NCBI GenBank assembly: GCA_036676985.1
Contig: JAKFBU010000056.1
Span: forward strand, 128,001-192,000
DNA: 64,000 nucleotides
Reading direction: 5' to 3'
DNA from: Candidatus Sericytochromatia bacterium
GTDB lineage: Bacteria; Cyanobacteriota; Sericytochromatia; S15B-MN24; UBA4093
Numbering within the stretch: the stretch's first letter is position 1; each line of letters begins with the position of its first letter. The notes beneath the pieces were generated by a model. The model was given only the letters and a program-made list of their open reading frames with translations, had not been told where the DNA came from and searched no databases. The translations under genes and the position numbers were made by a program. Positions 47,581 to 57,432 of this stretch are shown piece after piece.

Positions 47581-47686
47581 CAAAAAGGCCCGTCCCCGTG
47601 CGGACGGGCCCCTGATGAGATCGACCTAGGTAAAGCTGCGGCCGTGCTTGAGGATGAAGAGAAGGCCGAGCGACATATCTTGGCGG
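47581..47686 (-). ncRNA. candidate small RNA or small-ORF transcript
   Basis: sigma28-like TTTA-N15-ACCGATAA upstream (47692-47718) and terminator GGCCCGTCC-GCACGG-GGACGGGCC-TTTTT downstream, with no long ORF between. Confidence 0.4.
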
Positions 47687-47743
47687 CTGTCTTATCGGTC
47701 GATAATGCCTGACATAAACATGGTCATGTCACCGCCGGTCTGT

Positions 47744-47772
47744 TTGACGGCCTCGGGGACGCTCGCTAAGAT
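47744..47772 (+). promoter_or_regulatory. sigma70-type promoter of the sugar operon
   Basis: TTGACG-N17-TAAGAT. Confidence 0.6.
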
Positions 47773-47799
47773 ACGGGGGCCCCCAACCCTGAGGCCTCG

Positions 47800-48753
47800 A
47801 TGCTACGCGACCTTTCAGTGCTTGCCACCCACGTCCTCGAAAACCCTTTTCTGCGGATCGCCGTGATCCCGCAGGCGGGAGGCAAGATCGCGAGCTGCTT
47901 CGACCTGCAAACCCGACGCGAGTGGCTCTGGACCAACTCCAGGCTTCCCGTCCAGGCGCCGATCTACGGTGCCTCCTACGTCCGGGCCCACGACTCCGGG
48001 GGCTTCGACGAATGCTTCCCGGCTGTCGCCGAAGGACCATACCCGGTGGATCCCTGGCATGGAGTCGGGATACCGGACCACGGGGAGCTTTGGGGCTTGC
48101 CCTGGGAGTGTGAGGTCGAAGGCCGCACCCTGCGAATGGGTGTCGACGGCGTGCGCTTTCCCTATCGGTTCGAGCGGGAGCTCGAGCTCGCCGAAGACGC
48201 CCCCGAGCTCCGCCTCCGCTATCGGGTCCAGAACCGCGCGCCCTTCGCCTTTCCCTTTATCTGGAGCTCGCACCCGCTACTGTCCATCCGACCGGGCATG
48301 CGCCTCTTGATTCCGGACGGCACACCCATGAAGGTCTACGGCGGGTCGGATCCGGCTGTCGGCGATCGCGGCGCCTCCTTCGAATGGCCCATGCTCGCGG
48401 GCCAGGACCTGGGCCTCCTGCCCGGGCCCGAGGCCGGCTATGCCGTCAAGATCTTCGGGGACGCGCCGGCCCGCGGCTGGGTCGGGCTGCACGACCCCGA
48501 GACGGCCACGACGCTCAGGATGGAATACGATCTCGCTGAGATCCCCCAGCTCGGCCTCTGGCTCAACATGGGCGGCTGGACTCCCTTCGAGGGAGAGCCC
48601 GCCTACTACAACCTCGGGCTCGAGCCCTGCATCGGGGCGGGCGACGACCTGGAGCTCGCCATGCGGCAGTTCGGGAGTTACGGCTGCTTGCCCGCGAAGG
48701 GCGAGCTCACCTGGAACCTGACCCTGCGCCTCGTCTCGGAGACCCTGGCATGA
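47800..48753 (+). CDS. galactose mutarotase-like (aldose epimerase fold) protein
   Basis: LENPFLRIAVIPQAGGKIAS, GGFDECFP, DHGELW, WSSHP, LGLEP. Confidence 0.78.
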   Translation: MLRDLSVLATHVLENPFLRIAVIPQAGGKIASCFDLQTRREWLWTNSRLPVQAPIYGASYVRAHDSGGFDECFPAVAEGPYPVDPWHGVGIPDHGELWGLPWECEVEGRTLRMGVDGVRFPYRFERELELAEDAPELRLRYRVQNRAPFAFPFIWSSHPLLSIRPGMRLLIPDGTPMKVYGGSDPAVGDRGASFEWPMLAGQDLGLLPGPEAGYAVKIFGDAPARGWVGLHDPETATTLRMEYDLAEIPQLGLWLNMGGWTPFEGEPAYYNLGLEPCIGAGDDLELAMRQFGSYGCLPAKGELTWNLTLRLVSETLA

Positions 48754-49898
48754 ACACCCTCCACCTCGCGAACGGCCGCCTGCTGGGGCCCGACGGCCTG
48801 CAGGACAATCCCGGCCTCCTGATCGAAGACGGCCGCATCGTCGCCTTCACGAGCGACGCGCCCTCCGGTGCCGAGCACCTGGATGCCGGCGGCCTCATCA
48901 TCTCGCCGGGCTTCATCGACACCCATATCCATGGCGGCCGCGAGGCCGACACCATGGATGGCACGCCGGAGTCCCTGCGCGAGATCTCGCGCCACCTGGC
49001 CGAGCACGGCGTCACCTCATGGCTGCCGACGACCGTGGCCTGTGCCCCCGAGGCCCTGGACCGCATCCTCGCGGCCGTCGAGACGGTCCGCCGCGAGGGT
49101 TCGGGCGGAGCGGCCGTCCTGGGTGCGCACCTGGAGAGCAACTTCCTCGCGCCCAAGTACAAGGGGGCCCAGCCGCCCGAGTACCTTCGCCCCATCGGCG
49201 ACCCCGAGCTCACGGCCGTGCTCGACAAGCACTCCAGGACCATCCGCCTCATGACCCTCGCCCCGGAGCTCGCTGGCGCGCACGGCTTCATCCAACAGCT
49301 GGTCTCCAAGGGCATCACCGTCTCGGTCGGCCACACCGATGCGACTTACGACCAGGTTATCGGAGCAGTGGAGGCCGGTTCCTCACGGGTGACCCACCTC
49401 TGCAACGCCCAGCGCGGCTTCCACCACCGGGAGCCCGGCGTCCTGGGTGCAGGTCTCGCCTGCGATCGCCTCTATACCGAGATCATCGCCGACCTGGAGC
49501 ACGTGCATCCCGCAGGCCTCACGATCGCCTACAAGTGCAAGGGCGCCGAGCGCCTGATGCTCGTCTCCGACGCCGTCCGGGGCTCGGGCCTGGTACCCGG
49601 CCGCTACGAGCTGGGCGGCCATCCCACCGTCATCGACGGCAAGGTGGCTCGCCTGGAGGACGGTACCATCGCGGGCAGCGTGATCACGCTGGAGCGCGCC
49701 GTGCGCAACATGGTCGAGGCGGCGGGCGTGCCGCTCGACGCCGCCCTGCGCATGGCGAGCGAAGCCCCGGCCCGCTCGCTCGGCCTCGACCAAAAGGGCA
49801 GGATCGCTCCTGGCCTCGATTCCGACCTGGTCTTGCTAACCGATACGCTCGACGTGCGGGCCACCGTGGTCATGGGCCAGGTGGTTCATCGCGCCTGA
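48750..49898 (+). CDS. nagA: N-acetylglucosamine-6-phosphate deacetylase
   Basis: PGFIDTHIHG, HLE, TLAPE, GHT, THLCNA, IAGS. Confidence 0.92.
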   Translation: MNTLHLANGRLLGPDGLQDNPGLLIEDGRIVAFTSDAPSGAEHLDAGGLIISPGFIDTHIHGGREADTMDGTPESLREISRHLAEHGVTSWLPTTVACAPEALDRILAAVETVRREGSGGAAVLGAHLESNFLAPKYKGAQPPEYLRPIGDPELTAVLDKHSRTIRLMTLAPELAGAHGFIQQLVSKGITVSVGHTDATYDQVIGAVEAGSSRVTHLCNAQRGFHHREPGVLGAGLACDRLYTEIIADLEHVHPAGLTIAYKCKGAERLMLVSDAVRGSGLVPGRYELGGHPTVIDGKVARLEDGTIAGSVITLERAVRNMVEAAGVPLDAALRMASEAPARSLGLDQKGRIAPGLDSDLVLLTDTLDVRATVVMGQVVHRA

Positions 49899-49919
49899 TC
49901 GCATTCCGAGGAGGTCCCC

Positions 49920-51110
49920 GTGGTTCAGATGCTCGACACCCAGCGGTTCCGCGTGCGCGAGGCCTTCCACGGCCGGTTCGGCACGCCCGAGTTCGTCATC
50001 CGCGCGCCCGGCCGCGTGAACCTCATCGGGGAGCACACGGATTACAACGAGGGCTTCGTCTTTCCGGTGGCCATCGATCGAGAGGTCGTCATCGCCGCCC
50101 GCCGACGCGACGACCGCACGGTCGTGCTCTACTCGAACAACTACGAGCAGCAGGACTCGTTCGATCTCGACCACATCGAGAAGGTCTCCGGCGAGGGCGC
50201 TCCCACCTGGAGCAACTACATCCGGGGCGTGGTCTCGGTCTTCCTGGAGGCGGGGCTTGCCATCGGCGGCTTCGAGGCCGCGCTCGAGGGCAACGTGCCA
50301 CAGGGCGCGGGCCTCAGCTCCAGCGCCGCGCTGGAAGTTGCGACCGGCACCCTGCTTACCAATCTCTTCGACCTTGACGTCGACGCCAAGCGCATCGCGC
50401 TCCTCGGCCAGCGCGCCGAGAACCGGTTCGTGGGCGTGCAGTGCGGCATCATGGACCAGTTCATCTCGTCGCTGGGCAAGCGGGACCACGCCCTCATGAT
50501 TGACTGTCGCTCGCTGGATTACCGTGCCGTGCCCCTGCACCTCGGTGAGAAGGGTGCCTCCATCGTCATCCTCGACTCGAAGGTCAAGCGCGGGCTCGTC
50601 GACTCCAAGTTCAACGATCGCCGCCGCGAGTGCCAGGAAGCCGTGAAGCACCTCCAGACCCTGCTCTCCCGTCCAGAACTCGCAAGCCTCCGCGACGTGA
50701 CGCCTGCCGATCTCGAGCACGTGGGCGATCGCCTCCCACAGACCATCTTCTCGCGCGCCCGGCACGTCGTCACCGAGAACGACCGGGTCCTGCAGAGCGT
50801 CAGTGCCCTGGAGGGCGGGGACCTGGAGCGGTTCGGCAGCCTGATGAACCAGTCACACGAGAGCCTCAAGATCGATTACGAGGTCTCCTGCCCGGAGCTC
50901 GATCTCCTGGTGTCGCTCGCACAGGGAATACCGGGCACCTACGGCTCACGCCTGACCGGCGCGGGCTTCGGCGGCAGCACCGTGAACCTGGTGGACAATG
51001 CGGCGCTGGAAGGCTTCGAGGCCACGGTGCTCGCGGCCTACCACGAGCAAACCGGCCTGAATGCCGGCTTCTTCGTGTGCGAGGCCGTGGACGGGGCGGG
51101 GGTTGCTTAA
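49920..51110 (+). CDS. galK: galactokinase
   Basis: APGRVNLIGEHTDYNEG, GAGLSSSAA, CGIMDQ, GAGFGG. Confidence 0.93.
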   Translation: MVQMLDTQRFRVREAFHGRFGTPEFVIRAPGRVNLIGEHTDYNEGFVFPVAIDREVVIAARRRDDRTVVLYSNNYEQQDSFDLDHIEKVSGEGAPTWSNYIRGVVSVFLEAGLAIGGFEAALEGNVPQGAGLSSSAALEVATGTLLTNLFDLDVDAKRIALLGQRAENRFVGVQCGIMDQFISSLGKRDHALMIDCRSLDYRAVPLHLGEKGASIVILDSKVKRGLVDSKFNDRRRECQEAVKHLQTLLSRPELASLRDVTPADLEHVGDRLPQTIFSRARHVVTENDRVLQSVSALEGGDLERFGSLMNQSHESLKIDYEVSCPELDLLVSLAQGIPGTYGSRLTGAGFGGSTVNLVDNAALEGFEATVLAAYHEQTGLNAGFFVCEAVDGAGVA

Positions 51111-51137
51111 GCGGCGGCCCAGAGTTTCAGGAGAGGT

Positions 51138-51258
51138 AACGGATCTACACACCTCCCCCCCCTGCTAGGGGGGCAATGCATGGCTGGGTTTACTGCCGCT
51201 AGTCCGGGATTTACACAGGACGCCCCCCTAGCAGGGGGGGATGGGGGGTAGACCGAGT
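51138..51258. repeat. MITE/REP-like element, family B
   Basis: AACGGATCT...CCCCCCCTGCTAGGGGGG...CCCCCCTAGCAGGGGGGG...TAGACCGAGT; second copy at 60033. Confidence 0.75.
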
Positions 51259-51272
51259 TGCCCCTCCCGTGC

Positions 51273-52529
51273 CTACGGCGTCAGCACCTCATCCGTCAGG
51301 TGAATCGCCTTGGACTGAACCTTCCACACCACATAGGTCCCGGACGTCACGTCCCCGTGGGCGTCCAGGTCCACCGGCCCCGAGGCCCCCTCGTAGTTCA
51401 CCGCCTGCCCGCTCTGCAACAGCGCGAGCCCCGCCTTGATCCCGTCCACGCCGGGCTTGACCGCCGTCCCCGACCCTGCCGACACGGCCTGGAGGTTGGC
51501 CTTGACGGCCTCGCGCGTGGCCGCCTGGCCCTTCTGCATGGCCATGGCGATGAGCATGGCCGCGTCGTACGCGTTGACCGCGTACGGCCCGGGCGGCAGG
51601 CGGAACCGTGCCTCGTAGTCCGCCGCGAACCGATCGTAGGTGGCGCCGCCGCTGTGGGGCGCCGTCCCGGTCTTGCCCTCGATCTTCGCCGCGTCCTTGA
51701 CGTTGACCACGAACGAGTCCGCCTTGAGCGCCTCGCTGAACAGCCACGGCATCTGCGGCTCCGAGCCGCTCGTGATCCAGTCGTTGTAGATCTGGCTGCC
51801 GGCTCCCGGATAAGCGATGAGGGCGATCGCGTCCGGCTTCTGGGCGAGCACGGGCGTGATCACGTCGTTGTACGACGACCGGGGCGTCGCCTCGTCGGGA
51901 TACGTCACCTGGACCGTGGTACAGCCCTCGTTGGCCTCGAAGGACTGCTTGAGGACCCCCGCCAGGCCATTGCCGTAGGTGTTGTTGACGTTGACGATGC
52001 CGAGCTTCTTGTAGCCGGCCTCGAAGGCGCGCTTGGCGATCGCCTTCCCTTGCAGGGCATCGGTCGGCACCGTCCGGAAGAAGAAGCCCTGGTGATCGAT
52101 CTTCGCCGGGTCGCTGAAGTCCGGCGAGGTCGAGCCCGGCGACACCATCACGCAGCCCTTGGGCATGGCCTCTTTCAGGAGGACCTCCTTGGTGACGCTG
52201 GACTGCACGTTGCCGATGAGGGCCACCACGCCCTGGTCGAGTAGCCTCGCCGCCTTGGGCAGGGCCTTCACGTTGTCCGACTGGTCGTCCGCCTTGAGCA
52301 GGGAGAGCTTCTTGCCGAGCACGCCGCCCGCGGCGTTGATCTGCTCGACGGCGAGCGTGGCGCCGTTGTAGACCGACTCGCCCTTCTCGGCGTTGGTGCC
52401 GGAGGCGGGGCCGATGACGCCGACCTTGATGGTCTCCTCGCCGGACGCGCCGAAGGTGCCCGGCGGCACTAGGAAGCAACCCGCCAATGAGAGGCTCGTG
52501 GCCGCGATGAGCGCGTAGAGCTGTCGCAT
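51273..52529 (-). CDS. branched-chain amino-acid-type ABC substrate-binding lipoprotein
   Basis: LAGC lipobox; AVEQINAAGGVLG, FFRTVPTD, YDAA, YEGASG. Confidence 0.9.
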   Translation of the reverse strand: MRQLYALIAATSLSLAGCFLVPPGTFGASGEETIKVGVIGPASGTNAEKGESVYNGATLAVEQINAAGGVLGKKLSLLKADDQSDNVKALPKAARLLDQGVVALIGNVQSSVTKEVLLKEAMPKGCVMVSPGSTSPDFSDPAKIDHQGFFFRTVPTDALQGKAIAKRAFEAGYKKLGIVNVNNTYGNGLAGVLKQSFEANEGCTTVQVTYPDEATPRSSYNDVITPVLAQKPDAIALIAYPGAGSQIYNDWITSGSEPQMPWLFSEALKADSFVVNVKDAAKIEGKTGTAPHSGGATYDRFAADYEARFRLPPGPYAVNAYDAAMLIAMAMQKGQAATREAVKANLQAVSAGSGTAVKPGVDGIKAGLALLQSGQAVNYEGASGPVDLDAHGDVTSGTYVVWKVQSKAIHLTDEVLTP

Positions 52530-52540
52530 CCGCATCCCTC

Positions 52541-54643
52541 CTAGAAGCCCTGGCTGATCCGCAGCAAGAAGGTCCGACCGAGGCCCTGGTAGTCGACGCC
52601 ACCGTAGCCCGGCTGCGCATAGGTCGCATCGAAGACGTTGGCGACCTTGAAGCTGATGACGGCCTCCTTCTCGCCCAGGAGGTAGACGTCGCGGCTCGTC
52701 AGCGTCAGGTCCGTCACGAACGAGGGGGCGATCGCATAGGCCTCGTGACCGTTGACGGCGAAGTTCGCCTGGCTCGACGGCACCCAGTGGACGTAGCGCT
52801 CTTCGAGGAACCAATTGAGCGGCAAGGACCAGAGCCGTGCGCCGACGCCCGCGTTGACCATCCACGCCGGATAGGGCTCCGGCACGCCATCGGGATCGGG
52901 AAAGCCGCTCGCGAGCGTGGGCACGGTCGACTGCAAGGACGTGTTGAGCATGCCGTGCAGGAAGCTCCAGCGCCACTTGAGGCCCGTCTCGATGCCCGCC
53001 GAGTCCAGCTGGCCCAGGTTGACGGCGAACGGGTTGCCGTTCCGGGTGAAGAAGCTGACCTTGTCCGACACGTGCGTGTAGTAGATGCTGCTCGACAGGT
53101 CCAGGGCCCGGCTCGGCGCGTAGCTGATGGCGCCCTCGAGGGTGCTCGCGCGCTCCGGCTTGAGGTCCTCGTTGCCGAGGATGTCCCCGAACAGGAGCGG
53201 CTTGCCGTAGAGCTGAGGGGCCGACGGCGCCTTGAAGGACGTTCCGTAGAGCGCCTTGGCCGTCATGGACTCGTTGACCCGGTACACCAGGCCGAGACGC
53301 GAGCTCAGGTTGTTGCCGTAGACGTTGTGCACGTCGTTGCGGAGGTTCATCGTGACGCCGATGTCCTCGGTCGGGTAGTAGATGCCCTGGACGAAGCCGC
53401 CGAGGTTGTCGAGCTGGACCATGGCGCCGGGCTGACCGTCGGGCACCGTTTGCCCGGCGCGAGTCCCCGTGGTGAAGACGTCGAAGTAGCTGGGGAGCCG
53501 GTGAGTGGCCCGCGTCCAGTCCGCCCCGACCGTGAGCGTGTTGCGATCGTCCACCGACCACGTGAGGTCCGTGGAGACGTCCCAGCCCTCGGCGCTCAGC
53601 TTGCGCTGGATGTAGTAGTCCGTGCGGTCGATGCTGATCCGGTCGTCGGCGGTCGGCGCGCCATACGAGTAGGCGACCGCGCTCGACAGGCTGAAGGCGC
53701 TTCCCAGGGCCTGGCGGGCCTGGGTGCGCAGGTAGCGGTTGTCCTGCGAGATCCGGTTCTGATGCGTCAGGGGTTTCCAGTCCTGGAACTCGCCGCCGGC
53801 ATCCAGACGCTGGAAGGCACCGTCCACCGAGAGGTCCAGGCCATTGAGGGGGCGGAGGGCGAGCCGGCCGAAGAAGGAGCCCGGCGCGCTCAGGTCGTTG
53901 ACCGACTCGACCTTGCCTTCCTTGGTCAGAGCGGCGATGGACGGGCTCGTGCCGGGGACCTTGAGGCCGGAGCGATCGCCCCTGCCGAGCGACGCGCCCA
54001 ACGACAGGTCCATGGACGCGAGCTCCTGGGCCGTGCCGAGGGACAGCGCTCCGCTCTGCGAGGGCAAGGCGCCCCGCAGGCCCGCATTGGCCTCGAGCCG
54101 CGTGCCGTCCAGGTCCTCAGCGCGCTTGGTGACGACGTTGATGACGCCCAGGAAGGCGTCCGCGCCGTACAGGGCCGAGGCCGGACCACGGATGATCTCG
54201 ATCCGCTTGACCAGGTGAATCGGGATGAGCTCGGGTCCCAGCCAGTTGGACCCGTCCGGCCGGTAGGGAACGGGCTGGAGGTCGATCATGAGCTTGACGA
54301 TGCGGCTCCAGGAGCGCTGGCCGCTCGAGAGGCCGCGCACGCCCACGTTGGGCAAGAGCTGGTCGTCGACCACGTAGAAGCCGGGAACCGAGCGCAGCGC
54401 CTCGGCCACCGACGCATAGCCCCGCTCGCGGATCTCCTCGGCCGTGACGACCTCGACGACGGCGGGCGCCTCCTGGGTCGTCTGGTTGCGCTTGGTCGCG
54501 ATGCCGACCTGCGAGGTGTTGAACAACGCATCCAGGTCCAGCTCCTCGCCCACCTCCTGCGCATGCGCGGGGCCGCACAGCAAAGTGGCCGCGCAAAAGG
54601 CGGCCAGCGAACGGACGAACAGAGGGTGCGAGAGGTAGCTCAT
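52541..54643 (-). CDS. TonB-dependent receptor
   Basis: Signal peptide AHA; plug motifs EAPAVVEVVT and IEIIRGPASALYG; LKPE; C-terminal F. Confidence 0.92.
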   Translation of the reverse strand: MSYLSHPLFVRSLAAFCAATLLCGPAHAQEVGEELDLDALFNTSQVGIATKRNQTTQEAPAVVEVVTAEEIRERGYASVAEALRSVPGFYVVDDQLLPNVGVRGLSSGQRSWSRIVKLMIDLQPVPYRPDGSNWLGPELIPIHLVKRIEIIRGPASALYGADAFLGVINVVTKRAEDLDGTRLEANAGLRGALPSQSGALSLGTAQELASMDLSLGASLGRGDRSGLKVPGTSPSIAALTKEGKVESVNDLSAPGSFFGRLALRPLNGLDLSVDGAFQRLDAGGEFQDWKPLTHQNRISQDNRYLRTQARQALGSAFSLSSAVAYSYGAPTADDRISIDRTDYYIQRKLSAEGWDVSTDLTWSVDDRNTLTVGADWTRATHRLPSYFDVFTTGTRAGQTVPDGQPGAMVQLDNLGGFVQGIYYPTEDIGVTMNLRNDVHNVYGNNLSSRLGLVYRVNESMTAKALYGTSFKAPSAPQLYGKPLLFGDILGNEDLKPERASTLEGAISYAPSRALDLSSSIYYTHVSDKVSFFTRNGNPFAVNLGQLDSAGIETGLKWRWSFLHGMLNTSLQSTVPTLASGFPDPDGVPEPYPAWMVNAGVGARLWSLPLNWFLEERYVHWVPSSQANFAVNGHEAYAIAPSFVTDLTLTSRDVYLLGEKEAVISFKVANVFDATYAQPGYGGVDYQGLGRTFLLRISQGF

Positions 54644-54844
54644 GCGCGTTCCGAAGCAGGGCGACGATGCAGTTATACCCCCGGTCCATCAAACGGCACC
54701 ATGCCGACCGAGGATCATTGACGGTCTGTCGGTTTGAGCACGGGGGCCAGTGGTATAATCGCGTTAGCTTGGTCCTATCGTACGTTGCCAATGGGCTGCC
54801 GACCCAACGTCGAGCGCACCGGCCCGTTTGCAGGAAGGAGCCCT

Positions 54845-55342
54845 ATGCCGACCGCGGTTTCCTCTTACGGCGCCGAGATCACGTTCAGCCCCAAGTGGTG
54901 GAGCTACGTGAGTTCGACCCGCATCATGGTTTCGAGCTTCTGCAACGTGGCCCTGGCCAACGAGGACATCGCGGACAAGATCGCCATGACGGCCCAGGAG
55001 CTCTTGGAAAACGCGGTCAAGTACTCGGCCAACCCCGACGAGAACGTCGCCCTGCGCTTCTCCATCGACAACGACGAACGGATCTCGCTCGAGGTGACGA
55101 ACCACGCGAGCCCCGAGAGCATCGCCACCCTGCAGGATCAGCATGCCGAGATCAGCGAGGGTGACCCCTTGATGGCCTACCTCCAGAAGATGCAGCGCAT
55201 CGCCATGGATCCGGGCGCCGAGGGCAGCCAGCTCGGTCTGGCGCGCATCCGCTACGAGACCGGCAACGAGCTCCAGCTCCGGATCGACGGCGACAAGGTC
55301 ACCGTGCGGGTCGAGTTCAACCTCAACAAGGCGGCAGAGTAA
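54845..55342 (+). CDS. HATPase-fold anti-sigma/SiaB-like Ser kinase
   Basis: N-box ELLENAVKY, G-box SQLGLARI; AAGGAG RBS. Confidence 0.78.
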   Translation: MPTAVSSYGAEITFSPKWWSYVSSTRIMVSSFCNVALANEDIADKIAMTAQELLENAVKYSANPDENVALRFSIDNDERISLEVTNHASPESIATLQDQHAEISEGDPLMAYLQKMQRIAMDPGAEGSQLGLARIRYETGNELQLRIDGDKVTVRVEFNLNKAAE

Positions 55343-55728
55343 TGAGCAAGTTCGCAACCCTCGGCTTCAAGAACGACAAGGTCCAGATCTCCGTCGACGA
55401 GCGCGACGGCGGCATGATCATCAAGTTCAAGGGCAACATCGACGACGCCAACCCCGGCGCTTTCCTGGACCCGGCCCTGGAGGACATCCACCAGCAGGTG
55501 CTTGCGCACAAGCTGGGCGAGGTGGACGCGGACTTCACGGAGCTCTCCTTCCTCAACTCGAGCGGCATCAAGAGCCTGATCAAGTGGATCATGCGCCAGA
55601 CCGAGCTGCCCGAGGGCCAGAAGTACAAGATCAAGTTCCTCTACTCCAGCCGCATCACCTGGCAGCAGACCAGCCTCAAGGCCCTCACCTACCTGGCTCC
55701 CAAGACGGTCGTCGCCGTACCGGTATAA
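55342..55728 (+). CDS. STAS-like/SiaC-like phospho-acceptor protein
   Basis: DFTELSFLNSSGIK resembles the STAS/SiaC phospho-site loop; TAATG overlap. Confidence 0.78.
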   Translation: MSKFATLGFKNDKVQISVDERDGGMIIKFKGNIDDANPGAFLDPALEDIHQQVLAHKLGEVDADFTELSFLNSSGIKSLIKWIMRQTELPEGQKYKIKFLYSSRITWQQTSLKALTYLAPKTVVAVPV

Positions 55729-55731
55729 GCA

Positions 55732-57429
55732 GTGGATCAAGAAAAGGTCTTCTCCGCCCTCCAAGACTCCGCCCCCCCGGAAGGTTCGACGGGGTCGCCC
55801 GACTATGCGGCCGTCGCCAACGGGTTCAAGGCCATCAGCGAGGCCAAGACGACGGATGACATGCCGTTCGCCCTGCTGATGCAGGCCATCGGCCTCGTGG
55901 GTGCCGCGCACGGCGCCATCGTGGACCGCGAGGGCAACGTCACGGCCGCCATTCCCTTCGGCACGAGCTCCAACCTGCCCCTCAAGGATCCCGCCATCTG
56001 GGAGCGCGAGATGGGCCAGGTCCACACCCTGCCCGTGACGGGCGGCCGGGTGCACACCGCCCTGCGCTTCGCCCTCAAGGCCGACGATGACCTCGCCATG
56101 GTGCTCGCGAGCCCCTCGGGCGCCTTCATTGCCCCTGAGCGCCTCTTCGCCATCCAGCTGTTGGCAAGCTTCGCCAACAGCCGCGCGCAGTACCTGCTCG
56201 CGCGCCAGGAGGCCGACGAGGCCCAGACCCAGGCCAAGGAAGCCCACGAGCAGCAGATGGAGATGGCGCTCCGGCTCTACGACCTCTACGAAGAGGCTCA
56301 GAACCAGGCCATCACCGACGGCCTCACGGGCCTCGCCACCCACGCCTTCTTCCAGCAGCGGCTCGCCCAGGAAATGAGCGAGAGCTTCCGGTACCACCAC
56401 CCGCTCAGCTTCATCATCTTCGACCTGGACCACTTCAAGCCCATCAACGACACCTACGGCCACCAGGCGGGAGACATCGTGCTGCGCGAGTCCGCCGCCA
56501 TGCTCAAGGCCAAGGTGCGGACCTCGGACCTGGTCGCGCGCTACGGTGGCGAGGAGTTCGCCATCATCCTGCCGCAGACCACCGAGGACGACGCCTACAA
56601 CCTGGCCGAGCGCCTGCGCATCGAGCTCGAGCAGATGGAGTTCCAGGTCAACGCGGACCGTAAGCTCAAGGTAACGGCGAGCATTGGTCTGGCGAGCCGG
56701 GGCGAGAACGATGCCACCCCCAAGGAGCTCATCAAGCGCGCCGACATGGCCCTCTACGCCGCCAAGAACGGCGGCCGCAACCGGGTCGTGCGCGCCCAGG
56801 GCCCGGCCGCCGAGGCCGTGAACGCCATCGGCGCCCCCCGCAAGGGCTCGCAGGAGATGTTCCTAGCGCTCGCGCGCGCCCTGTCCGCGGCCATCGAGGC
56901 CCGCAGTCCGATGCTGCACGGCCACTCGGAGGCCGTGGGCGAGCTCGCCCTGCGCATGGGCAAGGCGCTCGGCCTCCATCCGGACAAGCAAGAGGCCCTG
57001 ATGATTGCCGGCATGCTGCACGACGTGGGCATGCTCGCCGTCCCCGAGGCCGTCATCCTCAAGCCCTCGGCCCTGAACGACGAGGAATGGGCCCAGATGA
57101 AGGCGCACCCCCAGGCGGGTGTGGCCATCCTCTCGCGCTTCAGCACGTTTGCGGGCCTGCGCGAGGCCGTGCTCTATCACCACGAGCGCTGGGACGGCAA
57201 GGGCTATCCCGAGGGCCTCAAGGGCGAAGGCATCCCCATGGGGGCGCGCATCCTCGCGGTGTGCGACGCCTATGACGCCATGATCCGCGGCGACTACGCC
57301 TACGGCATGGGCGTGCCCGAGAAGGAAGCCGCCGCGGAGATCAAGCGCTGCGCGGGCACCCAGTTCGACCCGCAGCTCGTCGACCTGTTCCTCGGCGTCC
57401 TGTCGGGCATGGGCCAGCAGGGAGCCTAG
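55732..57429 (+). CDS. GGDEF + HD-GYP bifunctional c-di-GMP enzyme
   Basis: RYGGEEF, RTSD I-site; HDVG, HHERWDGKGYP, GTQFDP. Confidence 0.93.
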   Translation: MDQEKVFSALQDSAPPEGSTGSPDYAAVANGFKAISEAKTTDDMPFALLMQAIGLVGAAHGAIVDREGNVTAAIPFGTSSNLPLKDPAIWEREMGQVHTLPVTGGRVHTALRFALKADDDLAMVLASPSGAFIAPERLFAIQLLASFANSRAQYLLARQEADEAQTQAKEAHEQQMEMALRLYDLYEEAQNQAITDGLTGLATHAFFQQRLAQEMSESFRYHHPLSFIIFDLDHFKPINDTYGHQAGDIVLRESAAMLKAKVRTSDLVARYGGEEFAIILPQTTEDDAYNLAERLRIELEQMEFQVNADRKLKVTASIGLASRGENDATPKELIKRADMALYAAKNGGRNRVVRAQGPAAEAVNAIGAPRKGSQEMFLALARALSAAIEARSPMLHGHSEAVGELALRMGKALGLHPDKQEALMIAGMLHDVGMLAVPEAVILKPSALNDEEWAQMKAHPQAGVAILSRFSTFAGLREAVLYHHERWDGKGYPEGLKGEGIPMGARILAVCDAYDAMIRGDYAYGMGVPEKEAAAEIKRCAGTQFDPQLVDLFLGVLSGMGQQGA

Positions 57430-57432
57430 GGA

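Noticed and set aside
51273-53561. Apparent 762-aa binding-protein fusion
   Set aside because: The upstream part overlaps the TonB receptor in another frame; RBS and lipobox place the start at 52529.
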